From Candidatus Woesearchaeota archaeon (lineage in GTDB: Archaea; Nanobdellota; Nanobdellia; SCGC-AAA011-G17; PNOQ01): a stretch of DNA of 64,000 nucleotides. Below the pieces are notes generated by a model, which saw nothing but the letters and a program-made list of their open reading frames with translations, was not told where the DNA came from and did no database searches. The stretch lies in assembly GCA_043812195.1 (NCBI GenBank), contig JBDRML010000001.1, forward strand, positions 3,857-67,856, given 5' to 3'. This document shows positions 18,644 to 29,097 of the stretch, piece after piece; within the stretch, counting starts at the first letter, position 1, and each line of letters opens with the position of its first letter. Both the position numbers and the translations under genes were made by a program.

Positions 18644-20704
18644 ATGGTAGAGTTAATAATCTGCGAAAAACCTGCACAGTCAGCAAAGATAGCTGAAGCT
18701 CTAGCAGATACTAAACCAATCAAAAAAGAAAGAAATAAAGTTCCTTATTATGAATTAACACATAAAAAGAACAAAATCTTAATTGGATGTGCAGTTGGCC
18801 ATCTATATAACTTAGCCAAAATCAAAAATGGACCATATCCAAATTTTAATATTGATTGGAAACCAAAATATGAAATGGATAAAAAATCAGCCTACATTCA
18901 AAAATACGCAATAATTCTAAAAGAACTAGCTAAAAGAGCAGATAAATTCACAGTAGCTACAGACTATGACACAGAAGGTTCTGTTATAGGTCACAATGTT
19001 GTCAAATTTATTTGCAATCAAAAAGACGCTAGTAGAATGAAATTCTCAACTTTAACAAAAGACGAATTAATTGAATCATATGAACATAAAAATAAACACT
19101 TAAACTTTGGAATGATTAATGCAGGAGAAACAAGACATCACCTAGATTGGTATTATGGTATCAATACATCAGCAGCACTAACAAATTCAATAAAAGCAGC
19201 TAATGGCGGATATAAACAAATGTCATCTGGAAGAGTTCAAGGGCCCACTTTAAAATTAATAGTAAAAAGAGAAGAAGAGATATCGGCATTCAAACCAGAA
19301 ACATACTGGGAAATATTCTTACAAGGAATTTTAAATTCAAAACCAATTAAAGCTAAACACCAAAAAGACAGATTCACAAAAAAAGAAGATATTACAAAAA
19401 TATTAACCAAAACAAAAAACAAAAAAGCAATAGTAGAAAAAGTAACCAAAAAAGAAGTTAAAGTTGAACCACCAGTTCCTTTTGATTTAACTACATTACA
19501 AATAGAAGCATACAGAACACTAAGAGTCTCACCTAAAGAAACATCTAACTTAGCTCAAGACCTTTATACTTCAGGATTAATTTCATATCCAAGAACAAGT
19601 TCTCAAAAATTACCAGACTCAATAGGCTATGACAAAATCTTTAAAAAATTATCAAAACAAAAAACATACACAAAATTATGTGAAACTTTAATTGGCAAAA
19701 AACTAAAACCAAAAGAAGGTAAAAAAATAGATCCTGCCCATCCAGCTATTTATCCAACAGGAGAAGCTAGTGCTATCACAGGAAAGAAAGCAAGATTATA
19801 TGATTTAATAGTAAGAAGATTCTTGTCTGTGTTTGGAGAATTCGCAGTAAAAGAATTAACACATATTCAAATAGATGTTAACACAGAAAAATTTGTCTTA
19901 TCTGGTTCAAGAGTATTAAAGCCTGGTTGGCAAACTTATTATGGAGTCTATGCAGAACATAAAGAAGAAGATCTTCCAGAAACTAAAAAAGATGATGAAG
20001 TTAAAAAACCTAAAGTTTCATCAGAAGAAAAAGAAACCCAACCACCAAAAAGATACACAGAAGCTTCTATAATCAGATTAATGGAATCTAAAGGATTAGG
20101 AACTAAATCTACAAGAGCATCAATAGTAGATAAATTATCTGAAATAGGATACATAAAATTAAAACCAATCAAAGCCACAGAACTAGGAATTAAAATCATA
20201 AAAACTTTAGAAAAATATGTTCCAGAAATCATAGATGAAAAATTAACAAAACAATTAGAAAAAGACATGGAATTAATTAGAGAACATAAGAAAAAAGAAG
20301 AAACAGTATTAGATAATGCTAAAAAATTCTTGACTAAAGTTTTCAAAACTTTCAAACAACATGAAGTAAAAATCGGAGAAGAATTATTAGAAGCAGCTAA
20401 AGATCAAAACGTAGTTGGAACATGTCCAAAATGTAAAAAAGGAAGTTTGAGAATATTATATTCAAAGAAAACAAGAAAAAGATTTTGCTCATGTGATCGT
20501 TATCCTAAATGTAAAAATATATATGGAATACCTCAAAACGGGCTAGTTAAACCAATGGAATTTGTTTGTAAAGAATGCGGATATCCTCAAGTTCTAGTTA
20601 TTAGAGCAGGAAAAAGACCTTGGCAATTATGTTTAAGTCCAACTTGTAAAACAAAAGACTTCATGAAAAATAAAAATTGGAAAAAATCAAGTAAGTCTCC
20701 ATAA
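18644..20704 (+). CDS. topA: DNA topoisomerase I (type IA) with C-terminal zinc ribbons
   Basis: Toprim (IICEKPAQSAKIAEAL...TDYDTEG), catalytic region ISYPRTSS, C-terminal CPKC/CSCD and CKEC/C..C ribbons. Confidence 0.9.
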   Translation: MVELIICEKPAQSAKIAEALADTKPIKKERNKVPYYELTHKKNKILIGCAVGHLYNLAKIKNGPYPNFNIDWKPKYEMDKKSAYIQKYAIILKELAKRADKFTVATDYDTEGSVIGHNVVKFICNQKDASRMKFSTLTKDELIESYEHKNKHLNFGMINAGETRHHLDWYYGINTSAALTNSIKAANGGYKQMSSGRVQGPTLKLIVKREEEISAFKPETYWEIFLQGILNSKPIKAKHQKDRFTKKEDITKILTKTKNKKAIVEKVTKKEVKVEPPVPFDLTTLQIEAYRTLRVSPKETSNLAQDLYTSGLISYPRTSSQKLPDSIGYDKIFKKLSKQKTYTKLCETLIGKKLKPKEGKKIDPAHPAIYPTGEASAITGKKARLYDLIVRRFLSVFGEFAVKELTHIQIDVNTEKFVLSGSRVLKPGWQTYYGVYAEHKEEDLPETKKDDEVKKPKVSSEEKETQPPKRYTEASIIRLMESKGLGTKSTRASIVDKLSEIGYIKLKPIKATELGIKIIKTLEKYVPEIIDEKLTKQLEKDMELIREHKKKEETVLDNAKKFLTKVFKTFKQHEVKIGEELLEAAKDQNVVGTCPKCKKGSLRILYSKKTRKRFCSCDRYPKCKNIYGIPQNGLVKPMEFVCKECGYPQVLVIRAGKRPWQLCLSPTCKTKDFMKNKNWKKSSKSP

Positions 20705-21838
20705 ATGAGCACCACCCTTTCCATTACCAACAATTTTAAAATTCCTAACTTTGCCAAGAGAATTCAAATAAACTAATCTTTTCCACAATAAATTAGATCT
20801 AACTTTCAATTCTTTTGATAATTCAACAAGATTGAGATTAGAAACCCCTAAATTGCTCAATATCTCTTCATTTAAATTTTTAAACGATTTTCTAGAATTG
20901 GCTAGTTCAATACCTAGTTCAAGTCTTTCTTGTTTTTCCTTTATTGGAATCTTTTCAATTTTCATGAAATCTTCGTAGATCTTCTCAAAACTTTCAGAGT
21001 AAGTTTCCAAATAGTAAGTTCTATTACTTTTTCTAATTTTTCCAGTCTTATAGGATAAATTATTACAAATTTGCTTTAAATCATTAAGTAAATCTTTATT
21101 TCCAGAACTAAAAGATAATTTTCTATCTCTCACAGAGCCTTCATCTATAAAAAAAGCCCTGACAAAAGCTACTAAAAGTATTTGTTTTCCTTGAAAAAAT
21201 TCGTTTGGAATTCTACTTTTATTCCATGTAAAATCTATTCTAAATCTATTAATCAGGATCTTAGCAATTGATTTAGGAAAAGAATATCTATACATAAAAT
21301 ATTTTCTATCTTTATGCCAAATTTTACTCAAATCTTTTTTTGAAATATCACCAAAACACCTAAATCTATCTATAAATTCTTCAACAGCTTCTTTGCTACT
21401 ATTATCATACTTGCAAGTTCTATATTTGACGTTCTGAGCAGTACCATCTCCTAGCAAATGTGCAAAAATTGCCCTCAAATCAATGGAATCTTTTATGGGC
21501 AAAATTGGGTTATCAACTCTGAGGAAGCCATGTATTGCTTTATAAGATTTAATATTATGGTTTATATCTTCATAATTAATATCCCATAATTCAGAATGTT
21601 TAGAATAATCAAAAATCTCTTTTATGTGTTTAACAGAACAGAATTGAGGTAACCCACAGGACTTTCCTCTTCTCCAAGAAAGCATTGTAGGATTTGCTAC
21701 TCCAATTTTTTTGGCAAGATGCCTATAACTTCTATTAATCTTCCAAGCAGTTTTAAAAAATTTAGCTCTGAAGCCATCCTTCAATAAAATAAAGACATCA
21801 TCAGGAAAGTCTTTTAAACCAATAGATATTTCTTTCAT
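20687..21838 (-). CDS. LAGLIDADG-type homing-endonuclease-like protein with N-terminal HTH
   Basis: two LAGLIDADG-like blocks, AHLLGDGTAQ and VAFVRAFFIDEGSV; its 3' end overlaps the topA 3' end by 18 nt. Confidence 0.4.
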   Translation of the reverse strand: MKEISIGLKDFPDDVFILLKDGFRAKFFKTAWKINRSYRHLAKKIGVANPTMLSWRRGKSCGLPQFCSVKHIKEIFDYSKHSELWDINYEDINHNIKSYKAIHGFLRVDNPILPIKDSIDLRAIFAHLLGDGTAQNVKYRTCKYDNSSKEAVEEFIDRFRCFGDISKKDLSKIWHKDRKYFMYRYSFPKSIAKILINRFRIDFTWNKSRIPNEFFQGKQILLVAFVRAFFIDEGSVRDRKLSFSSGNKDLLNDLKQICNNLSYKTGKIRKSNRTYYLETYSESFEKIYEDFMKIEKIPIKEKQERLELGIELANSRKSFKNLNEEILSNLGVSNLNLVELSKELKVRSNLLWKRLVYLNSLGKVRNFKIVGNGKGGAHLWRLT

Positions 21839-21912
21839 ATAACTTATATTAATTTTTATTTATAAATCACTTTCGCTGGTGGTTGTCGACCTTGTCAACC
21901 TGTAGTATAAAA

Positions 21913-22512
21913 TTATCCAAAAACTAAACCAGAATCTTCAATCTTAAACTTCAAAATCTTCTCTTCAGGCTTTAAAATAACAGCTTTCCTAGGTTCCTTT
22001 TTTAATTCAACTAAAAACTTAGCAAAACCCAAAACCATCTTTCCACCTAAATATTTTTGCTCACCTTCCATATTAGAATAAACTTGATTAGTCATAATAA
22101 TAGGAATATCAAGATCTTCTGCAACATGTGTTAATTTCCTTAAATTAAGCAAAAGTCTTTTATTAACCTCTCCATAATCTCCATCCTGCAAAGCCTTTCT
22201 ATACTGCATTCCTATTGTATCTATAATAATCAAACCAAAATCACCATTCTTAGTTATTTCTTCAATATTATTCAGAAAATTAACCTGCTCATCAAAATTC
22301 TTAGCTCTATAAACTAAAATATTAGCCAATTCTTTTTCAAAATCAGGTTTCATTTGCTTTAATCTATCTGTTGAAAACCCCCCTTCTGTATCTACAAATA
22401 AAACTTTTTTATTTTCTGCTGCCTTTAATGATAACTGCATACATAGAGTTGTCTTTCCAGTAGCTGCAGGGCCGAATATCATACTTATTTTTTTCTTTGG
22501 AAAATCTAGCAT
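21913..22512 (-). CDS. radB: RadB (archaeal RecA-family ATPase)
   Basis: IFGPAATGKTTLCMQL and FVDTEGGFSTDRLKQM closely match archaeal RadB blocks; length ~200 aa. Confidence 0.8.
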   Translation of the reverse strand: MLDFPKKKISMIFGPAATGKTTLCMQLSLKAAENKKVLFVDTEGGFSTDRLKQMKPDFEKELANILVYRAKNFDEQVNFLNNIEEITKNGDFGLIIIDTIGMQYRKALQDGDYGEVNKRLLLNLRKLTHVAEDLDIPIIMTNQVYSNMEGEQKYLGGKMVLGFAKFLVELKKEPRKAVILKPEEKILKFKIEDSGLVFG

Positions 22513-22552
22513 TAGTATTGGATATAAGTTTAGAATTAAAAATGTTTGTAAT

Positions 22553-22580
22553 GTAGCGAGAGGTGTCTCGCACTCTTATT
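22553..22580 (+). repeat. palindromic cassette-boundary repeat, copy 1 (GTAGCGAGAGGTGTCTCGCACTCT...)
   Basis: matches consensus GTAAGCGAGAGGTGTCTCGCGCTCTCTTTTAGATAAG; hairpin GCGAGA-GGTG-TCTCGC. Confidence 0.85.
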
Positions 22581-22634
22581 TAACAAGTTTTTTAAATTTC
22601 ATTTTTTTACTTAAAAAAGGTAATACTTTAGAAA

Positions 22635-24101
22635 ATGAACAGAATATCAAAAAAAAGCAAAATAACTCTTGTAGAGTTAGCTCCAACTCAATATGGAGTT
22701 TTAAATGGAGAACCCTCTTTTGATGTTTCTAGTCTAACTAGTTTTCCTGCTAGGGCTATACATCATTTAGAAGCAATTTTAACAGAAGCAGGATATGAAG
22801 ATGTTCAATCAATAAATCAAAAGTGTCATGGAAGAGATGGGAGATTAAGTGTAGACAATCAAAAAAGAATATACAGCTCAGACATCCTATTAACATCTTC
22901 AATAACAAGAACATCCCCTCAATCAATTATGCTAGGAAGAACCTACAAATCTCTCAATCCAAATGGAATAGTAATAGCAGGTGGTCAAGATCCAACATTT
23001 AGATATAAAGAATGGCTAGATCAAATAGGGGCAGATATCATTGTGGTTGGTGAAGGCGAAAAAACTCTTGAATTATTAATGGAAAGATTAGAAAAACAAC
23101 CAGATTATTTAGATGATATAGATGGTATAGCATTTAGAAATGGAGACACAATAAAAGTTACAAATACAAGAAAACGTTTAACATCAGAAGAGTTAGGTCA
23201 ACTCCCACATCCCTGTTATGATGAAATTACAAGAAAATTAACTACACCCGCCATTGAGACTAGCAGGGGATGCCCATGGGGCTGCGATTTTTGTAGCGAA
23301 ACGGAATTTAATGGAGGAAAATATAGAACAAAACCAAATAAATACACACTCAAAGACATGGTAACAGCAAAATCCTGGAAAAAACCACCATTTTATGTAG
23401 ACAATAATTTTGCAGCCTCTCAAAAAAGAACAATGGATTTATGCAACCAAATTTATGAAGCAGGTCTAAGTATCCCAAAAAGTTCTGTGCAAGTTACAGT
23501 AAAAGCAGCCCAAAATCCAGAACTGTTAAAATCATTAAAAAGAGCAGGCATAAATTTAGTAAATATAGGAATAGAATCAATTATAGATGAAAGTTTAAAA
23601 GATCTTGGGAAATCATTTAATGCAGAACAGAACAAAGAAGCAGTTAAAATATTCAAAGAAGCAGGTTTTTGGGTTCATGGAATGATGATGCCAGGCGGTG
23701 AAGGAGATACAATTGAAACATTAAAAGAAACTTCAGAATGGATAAATAAAAACTTAGATAGTGTACAACTATTTCCTCCAATACCTGGACCAGGAACAAG
23801 ACTAAGGAAAAGAATGGAATCAGAAGGAAGAATTCTTTCAGATGATTGGTCTTTATATGATGGGCAGCATGTTTTAATAAGACCAAAACACATCACACCA
23901 TACAAACTCCAAACCACAGTATTTGATATGTACAAATCATTTTATACATTTAAAAATAATTTAAGAAGATTAAGAAATTCTCCACAAAGAAATTTTTCTT
24001 GGCAAATACTTCTATACACTAATCTCTTAAATGGTATAACAAAAGTTACAAATGCACCACAAACAAGAGATCATTTAGAATTTTTAAAATCTATCAATTG
24101 A
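22635..24101 (+). CDS. B12-binding-domain radical SAM protein
   Basis: CPWGCDFC = CxxxCxxC; N-terminal Rossmann-like B12-binding region. Confidence 0.7.
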   Translation: MNRISKKSKITLVELAPTQYGVLNGEPSFDVSSLTSFPARAIHHLEAILTEAGYEDVQSINQKCHGRDGRLSVDNQKRIYSSDILLTSSITRTSPQSIMLGRTYKSLNPNGIVIAGGQDPTFRYKEWLDQIGADIIVVGEGEKTLELLMERLEKQPDYLDDIDGIAFRNGDTIKVTNTRKRLTSEELGQLPHPCYDEITRKLTTPAIETSRGCPWGCDFCSETEFNGGKYRTKPNKYTLKDMVTAKSWKKPPFYVDNNFAASQKRTMDLCNQIYEAGLSIPKSSVQVTVKAAQNPELLKSLKRAGINLVNIGIESIIDESLKDLGKSFNAEQNKEAVKIFKEAGFWVHGMMMPGGEGDTIETLKETSEWINKNLDSVQLFPPIPGPGTRLRKRMESEGRILSDDWSLYDGQHVLIRPKHITPYKLQTTVFDMYKSFYTFKNNLRRLRNSPQRNFSWQILLYTNLLNGITKVTNAPQTRDHLEFLKSIN

Positions 24102-24107
24102 TTTTAT

Positions 24108-24135
24108 TTAGCGAGAAGTTTCTCGCGCTCTCCCC
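24108..24135 (+). repeat. palindromic cassette-boundary repeat, copy 2
   Basis: TTAGCGAGAAGTTTCTCGCGCTCTCCCC, 7 nt after the stop codon. Confidence 0.85.
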
Positions 24136-24173
24136 TTAGGAAGTTTTATATATAAAATTATTTAAATAAAAAT

Positions 24174-25166
24174 ATGAAAAAAGTAGCCATATTACTGATT
24201 ATATGCATCTTAATGGTTTCTCCAATTGTTCACGCTCAAACCTATTCTAATTTCGAAGGCTTTGTAGATAATGTAAAGCTGTTCTTTGCCTCTGGAGATA
24301 AAAAAGTAAGTCTTTCTTCAGAAATAAGGGAGAAAGAAGTTAATTCTGCAATTGAAAGCACAAAAAAAGGAGATATTAATAAAGCTAACCAAAATCTTGA
24401 AAGAGCAAGAGAAAAACTCCAATTTATACAAGAAAAAGTTTCTTTAAATACTGCTGATGAAATAAAAGAGAGTGTTAATAATGTTGTAGAAAATATAGTA
24501 GTAGAAGAAAATCTTCCAAACACTTTTGATGTGTATGTTATGGAAGAGCAAAAAACACAATTAATCGCAGAACTTGTTATAGTGGTTGAAGGTAAAGAAG
24601 GGCAAGATAAAGTAAGAGTAGTAGAGGGAGCATTAGGAGAAATTAATAATGAGATCAAAGGTTGGGTAGTTGAAAACACTGTTGCAGAAGGTGAAAATTC
24701 TATGGATAATGGTTTAACCTGGGAAATAAAAACAGATATAGATTCTGGGAATTACGGTGGAGATGATGGTTTAACCACTATAGTAAAAGAATATATTGAA
24801 GGAGATGGAACATTAAAAATTGAAGATGTTAAAAAAGTTATTGAAAAAGGAAAAAATCAGATTGATAGTGCACCTATGACAAAAGACAATGAAGACGTAA
24901 CCCCTGCTCCAAATATAGTTGATGATGATATGTGTGAAGAAGGAGAAGAAAATTGTAATAATGATGACATGGCTCCAGGACCACAAGGAATTGTAGGACA
25001 AGTTGATGATAGTAATTCAAATGAAGAAAATTCTGAAAATTCTGGTAGTGAAAATAATGATGGAGAAGATTCTGGAGGAGATAGCGGAGAAGAGATAACA
25101 GGAGAGATAGTAAGAACTCAAAAAACAAGTTTTTTAGAACAAATTTTCAATTTCTTTTTTAGTTAA
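24174..25166 (+). CDS. secreted acidic protein
   Basis: signal peptide; D/E/N/G-rich C-terminus. Confidence 0.5.
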   Translation: MKKVAILLIICILMVSPIVHAQTYSNFEGFVDNVKLFFASGDKKVSLSSEIREKEVNSAIESTKKGDINKANQNLERAREKLQFIQEKVSLNTADEIKESVNNVVENIVVEENLPNTFDVYVMEEQKTQLIAELVIVVEGKEGQDKVRVVEGALGEINNEIKGWVVENTVAEGENSMDNGLTWEIKTDIDSGNYGGDDGLTTIVKEYIEGDGTLKIEDVKKVIEKGKNQIDSAPMTKDNEDVTPAPNIVDDDMCEEGEENCNNDDMAPGPQGIVGQVDDSNSNEENSENSGSENNDGEDSGGDSGEEITGEIVRTQKTSFLEQIFNFFFS

Positions 25167-25197
25167 GTTTAAAAACAAGTAATTCTAAAATTAATTC

Positions 25198-26196
25198 ATG
25201 AAAAAAAGTGTGATATTAATTATTCTATCAATTTTAATTAGTGGTTGTGCCACAGAAGAACCAAGAGAAACTGAGATTTTCTGCCCAGATTATGATGGAG
25301 ATGAAGAAGTATGTTTGTCTCACTCAGAATGTGAATGGGATACAGAAGAAAACAATTGTGATTCAATTGGAAACATAAATGAAAATGATGAAAATGAAAA
25401 TGATAATGATGAAAATGATGATGGGGGAATTAATCAAGAATTAGAAAATATTGTTGTTCCAGATAATCCTTCAAATACTCTCTGCAAAAAAATACCTTTT
25501 TCAGATGGACTAACTTATAGTTCAAGATATCATTGTCTTGCTCTTGTAAATAATGATGAAAAATTTTGTGAAGGGGTTGATACAACAAATGATAAATATA
25601 TTTGTTTAGCTCATGCAAATGCAGATTCTTCTTATTGTGAAAAAATTGAAGATCAGGATGCAAACCATGTTGGTGATGATGCAAACCATGTTTGTTATTT
25701 TATGCTCGCTGTATCAAGTGAAAATGCTGATTTTTGTAATGACATTGATTATTTAGATACAGCACAAGAAAACAAAGAGGAAAAAGAAAAATGTTATTTT
25801 AGTTTTATGAGTAATTTATATCAGTGGGACAAATCTGATGAAATAACTACAGAAATTTGTGGTCATCTGGAAGATGAGATGGAAAAAACTTGTCTTGCAT
25901 TAAAAGCAAGAGATATTTCTATGTGTGAAAGTAATCCTAACTGTTTGAGTTTTTTTGAACAGCCATTATCTTTTTGCGATGAACGTCCAGATTTTGTTTC
26001 TTGTATGAAAGATAGAGCAAAAACAGATAAGAATGTTTCAATCTGTGAACTGCTTTCTCAACCAGATAGGGATGTTTGTGTTGGGGTTTATTGTACCCAT
26101 ACAGAGCTTAATGCAAACATTTGTGATACAATTGAAAATGTTCAAAAAAGGCAAGAATTTTATGTAGAACTTGCAATGAATTTAGCTAATAAATAA
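25198..26196 (+). CDS. Cys-rich acidic lipoprotein
   Basis: lipobox-like LISGC; many paired Cys. Confidence 0.5.
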   Translation: MKKSVILIILSILISGCATEEPRETEIFCPDYDGDEEVCLSHSECEWDTEENNCDSIGNINENDENENDNDENDDGGINQELENIVVPDNPSNTLCKKIPFSDGLTYSSRYHCLALVNNDEKFCEGVDTTNDKYICLAHANADSSYCEKIEDQDANHVGDDANHVCYFMLAVSSENADFCNDIDYLDTAQENKEEKEKCYFSFMSNLYQWDKSDEITTEICGHLEDEMEKTCLALKARDISMCESNPNCLSFFEQPLSFCDERPDFVSCMKDRAKTDKNVSICELLSQPDRDVCVGVYCTHTELNANICDTIENVQKRQEFYVELAMNLANK

Positions 26197-26327
26197 AAAT
26201 TCCTCCAGACATCATTTCTGGAATAATTAAAAATTGGCATATAAATTTGGAAAAGAAAATTTTCTAAAAGAGGGTTAGATATTATTTTCCAAAAAATACT
26301 TAAAACATAGACAATTCCTATTAAAAC

Positions 26328-27560
26328 ATGGGAATTTTCAAATTTTTAAAAAAGCTTTCCAGCAAGGAAGAAGAAATAAGAGAGATTAAACTAGAAGAAT
26401 TAAACCAATTTATCGATTCCTTATCTAAAAAAATAGTTGGAAATGCAGATTTAAAGTTAGTAGAGATAAAAGAGAAGATAATCAAAGAAAAAAGGGAAAT
26501 GGAAGAAAACATTCAAAAATTAAATGATACAAAATTAAAAAATCCAAATATTCCAGAAAGAGCTAAACAGATAGCAATAGGTAACAAGGAAGTATATCTA
26601 CAAAAAATCAATATATTTCTACAAGAAGTTAATCTCTTTAAAAATTTTGATGAAAGCATAAATTTCTATGACTCAATTGATAAAAATTTATACATTTTTG
26701 ATAAAGCAACTACTAAAAGCAATAAAATTCTATCTGAATTTTTCCCTGATGAAATGATGAGCATTTCTAAAAATATAAAGAATTTATGTGATTTAGCAAA
26801 AAAAATAAAAAAATTAGTAGATGATGCAGAAATAGAGAAATACAGTAAATTAAAAGATAAAGTTAATGAAATACAACAGAAAATAAAACAACAAGAAAAT
26901 ATAACAAAAGAAATAGAACTAATAAAAACAGAATTACAAACTCAAATTAAAAAGATAAATGAAAAAGAAAATAAAATAAAAGAACTTGAGGAAAATGATG
27001 AGTACAAAAAATTTTCTGAGTTAACAAATAAAAAAGAAACATTAGAATTAGAAGCAGAAGAGATTGAAAAACAGCCATTTAATTATTTTTATAATATTAA
27101 ACCTGCTTTAAAGAAATACGAAAGGCTGACTTTAGATTATATGCTAATAAACGAATATTTAGATAATCCTCTGAAAGCTTTATTGAAAGATAAGGAGCTA
27201 AAAATACTAGAACATATTGGCAAAATTAAAGAATTTATTATTAATGAAAAATTTGAGATAAAAGAAAAAAAGAAAAGTAGAATATTAAAAGAATTAGATG
27301 AACTTACTAAAAATAATCTTGAAATATTTTTAAGCAAGTATTATGAATCAAACAAAAAATTAAATGAAGTAAATTTAGAAATAGAAAAAATAGAAGTTAT
27401 TAAAGAAATCAAAAAGATAAAAGAACAATTTAATCAAGATAAAAGTAGATTAGAAGAAAATGAATCCAAAATTGAGAATATGAAAGAACAATTAAGAATG
27501 ATTAATATTGAGAATTTAAAATTAGTTTTAGAAGAAGAGCTAAAAATAAAAATAATTTAA
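26328..27560 (+). CDS. coiled-coil protein
   Basis: K/E-rich heptad-like composition throughout. Confidence 0.45.
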   Translation: MGIFKFLKKLSSKEEEIREIKLEELNQFIDSLSKKIVGNADLKLVEIKEKIIKEKREMEENIQKLNDTKLKNPNIPERAKQIAIGNKEVYLQKINIFLQEVNLFKNFDESINFYDSIDKNLYIFDKATTKSNKILSEFFPDEMMSISKNIKNLCDLAKKIKKLVDDAEIEKYSKLKDKVNEIQQKIKQQENITKEIELIKTELQTQIKKINEKENKIKELEENDEYKKFSELTNKKETLELEAEEIEKQPFNYFYNIKPALKKYERLTLDYMLINEYLDNPLKALLKDKELKILEHIGKIKEFIINEKFEIKEKKKSRILKELDELTKNNLEIFLSKYYESNKKLNEVNLEIEKIEVIKEIKKIKEQFNQDKSRLEENESKIENMKEQLRMINIENLKLVLEEELKIKII

Positions 27561-27577
27561 TATTTTGTAGAGAAATT

Positions 27578-27826
27578 TCATTTTTTCTTAATCAATAAAA
27601 CTATCATCCCAATTAAACCAATTATAAATGCTATGGGTGCTATTGGAACCGAAACAAAGAAAAATATTGTGCTTAAAATCTCAAATAAATATTTTAATAT
27701 AAATATATCTTCAAATATTATTCCTAAAGCATAAAATAAGTTATGTAGTAATACTGAAACAAAAAATAAAATAACAGATCCAACAGTTAAGATTACAAAC
27801 TTTCTAAATTTACTCAACTTTTTCAT
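27578..27826 (-). CDS. small membrane protein
   Basis: two TM helices. Confidence 0.4.
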   Translation of the reverse strand: MKKLSKFRKFVILTVGSVILFFVSVLLHNLFYALGIIFEDIFILKYLFEILSTIFFFVSVPIAPIAFIIGLIGMIVLLIKKK

Positions 27827-28137
27827 TTTAATTTAACGGCAGTACCATAAGCTAATATTTCTGCAGCACCAGTCATAACCATTGAAGTCATAAATCTTAC
27901 ATTTATGATTGCATCTGCGTTTAGTTTTTCAGCTTTATCAGTCATTCTTTTCAGTGCAATCTCTCTTGCTTCGCTTAACATTTCAGTATATTGCTTTATT
28001 TCTCCACCAATTATTTGTTTAAAGCCAGCTATAATATCTTTTCCTATATGTTTTGCTTGAATAACATTTCCCTTTACTAATCCTAAGTTTTCTGTTACCT
28101 TTTTATTTGGTATATAATCTATGTTTGTTATTATCAT
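27823..28137 (-). CDS. YbjQ/UPF0145-family protein
   Basis: MIITNIDYIP...GKDIIAGFKQIIGGEIKQYTEMLSEAREIALKRM...ADAIINVRF matches the UPF0145 family. Confidence 0.8.
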   Translation of the reverse strand: MIITNIDYIPNKKVTENLGLVKGNVIQAKHIGKDIIAGFKQIIGGEIKQYTEMLSEAREIALKRMTDKAEKLNADAIINVRFMTSMVMTGAAEILAYGTAVKLK

Positions 28138-28397
28138 GGTTTTAAATCCTCCTTGTTTATTTTTTTAAGATCTTTATCATCTTGAATTCTTTCTTTTATT
28201 AGAGAGATTAATATTAAGATAGTTCCTATTCCCATTAATACAAAACTTATTCTTAGTATAAATAAGAATAGACCATCATCTTCCATTTCTCCATCCTCTT
28301 CAAAATCTCCGAAAAAAATTGGATAAAATGAAACTAATATGATTATTATTAAGCCTAAAAGAAAGATTATTGCTCCTGTAACTGTTAGTTTGTTCAT
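28134..28397 (-). CDS. small membrane protein (start trimmed to the internal Met)
   Basis: the first 22 codons of the track ORF are the reverse reading of repeat copy 3 (MRARDTSRLL), so the true start is probably MNKLTV at 28397. Confidence 0.4.
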   Translation of the reverse strand: MNKLTVTGAIIFLLGLIIIILVSFYPIFFGDFEEDGEMEDDGLFLFILRISFVLMGIGTILILISLIKERIQDDKDLKKINKEDLKP

Positions 28398-28435
28398 AAT
28401 TTTAGTATTTAAAGATATGTTTAAAAATGTTTTGA

Positions 28436-28465
28436 GTAAGCGAGAAGTATCTCGCGCTCTCACAA
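28436..28465 (+). repeat. palindromic cassette-boundary repeat, copy 3
   Basis: GTAAGCGAGAAGTATCTCGCGCTCTCACAAG. Confidence 0.85.
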
Positions 28466-28472
28466 GAGGTTT

Positions 28473-28754
28473 GTGCTTAGAAAAGGATATTCAGATTACT
28501 CAAAAAAGAAAAAATCTGTAGAAATAGGGAAGGTATGTATAAAAAAAGGAGATAAGATACTATTAATTGATGATATTTTTGAAAGCGGAGGCGTTGGTAG
28601 GGCAACTATACATCTAATTGAAAAACTTGGAGGAGAAGTGAAAGGAATTTTTACAGTATTTAATAAGTTAGATAAAACAGGTGAAAAATATTTTAAAAAA
28701 TATAATTATCATTATTTAATAAAATTAGAAAAAAAGAAGAAAGATATTAAGTAA
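28473..28754 (+). pseudogene. phosphoribosyltransferase C-terminal fragment (truncated at the repeat)
   Basis: PRPP-binding motif ILLIDDIFESGG is present but the N-terminal ~100 aa of a PRTase are missing; the fragment begins directly after repeat copy 3. Confidence 0.55.
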
Positions 28755-28780
28755 GCGAGAAGTATCTCTCGCTCTCCTAA
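28751..28780 (+). repeat. palindromic cassette-boundary repeat, copy 4
   Basis: GTAAGCGAGAAGTATCTCTCGCTCTCCTAAG. Confidence 0.8.
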
Positions 28781-28821
28781 GAACCAAAAGATTTATATAG
28801 TTAGTAAGATTAGTCTTACTT

Positions 28822-29097
28822 GTGATTAAAATGGATATTGCTATAACAAAAATGAGTTCAAAAGGACAGATTGTAATACCGTCTGAGATGAGAGAAGATA
28901 TACCAGAAGGTGAAAAAATGATAATAATAAAAGATAAAGGAAAGATAATAATGAAAAAAGCAAGCGACATGGACAAACAACTAAACGAAGATTTAGAATT
29001 CGCTAGAAGGACTGAAGAAGCATACCAAAGAATTGAGAGAGGAGAAGGAATCAAGATGGATTTTGATAACTTTATTAAAGAGATAAAGAAATGGTGA
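28822..29097 (+). CDS. AbrB/MazE/SpoVT-type antitoxin
   Basis: MSSKGQIVIPSEMREDI swapped-hairpin motif; overlaps the downstream toxin gene. Confidence 0.6.
   Translation: MIKMDIAITKMSSKGQIVIPSEMREDIPEGEKMIIIKDKGKIIMKKASDMDKQLNEDLEFARRTEEAYQRIERGEGIKMDFDNFIKEIKKW

Noticed and set aside
28339-28521. 60-aa + strand ORF
   Set aside because: It overlaps the minus-strand membrane protein and repeat copy 3 and is likely spurious.
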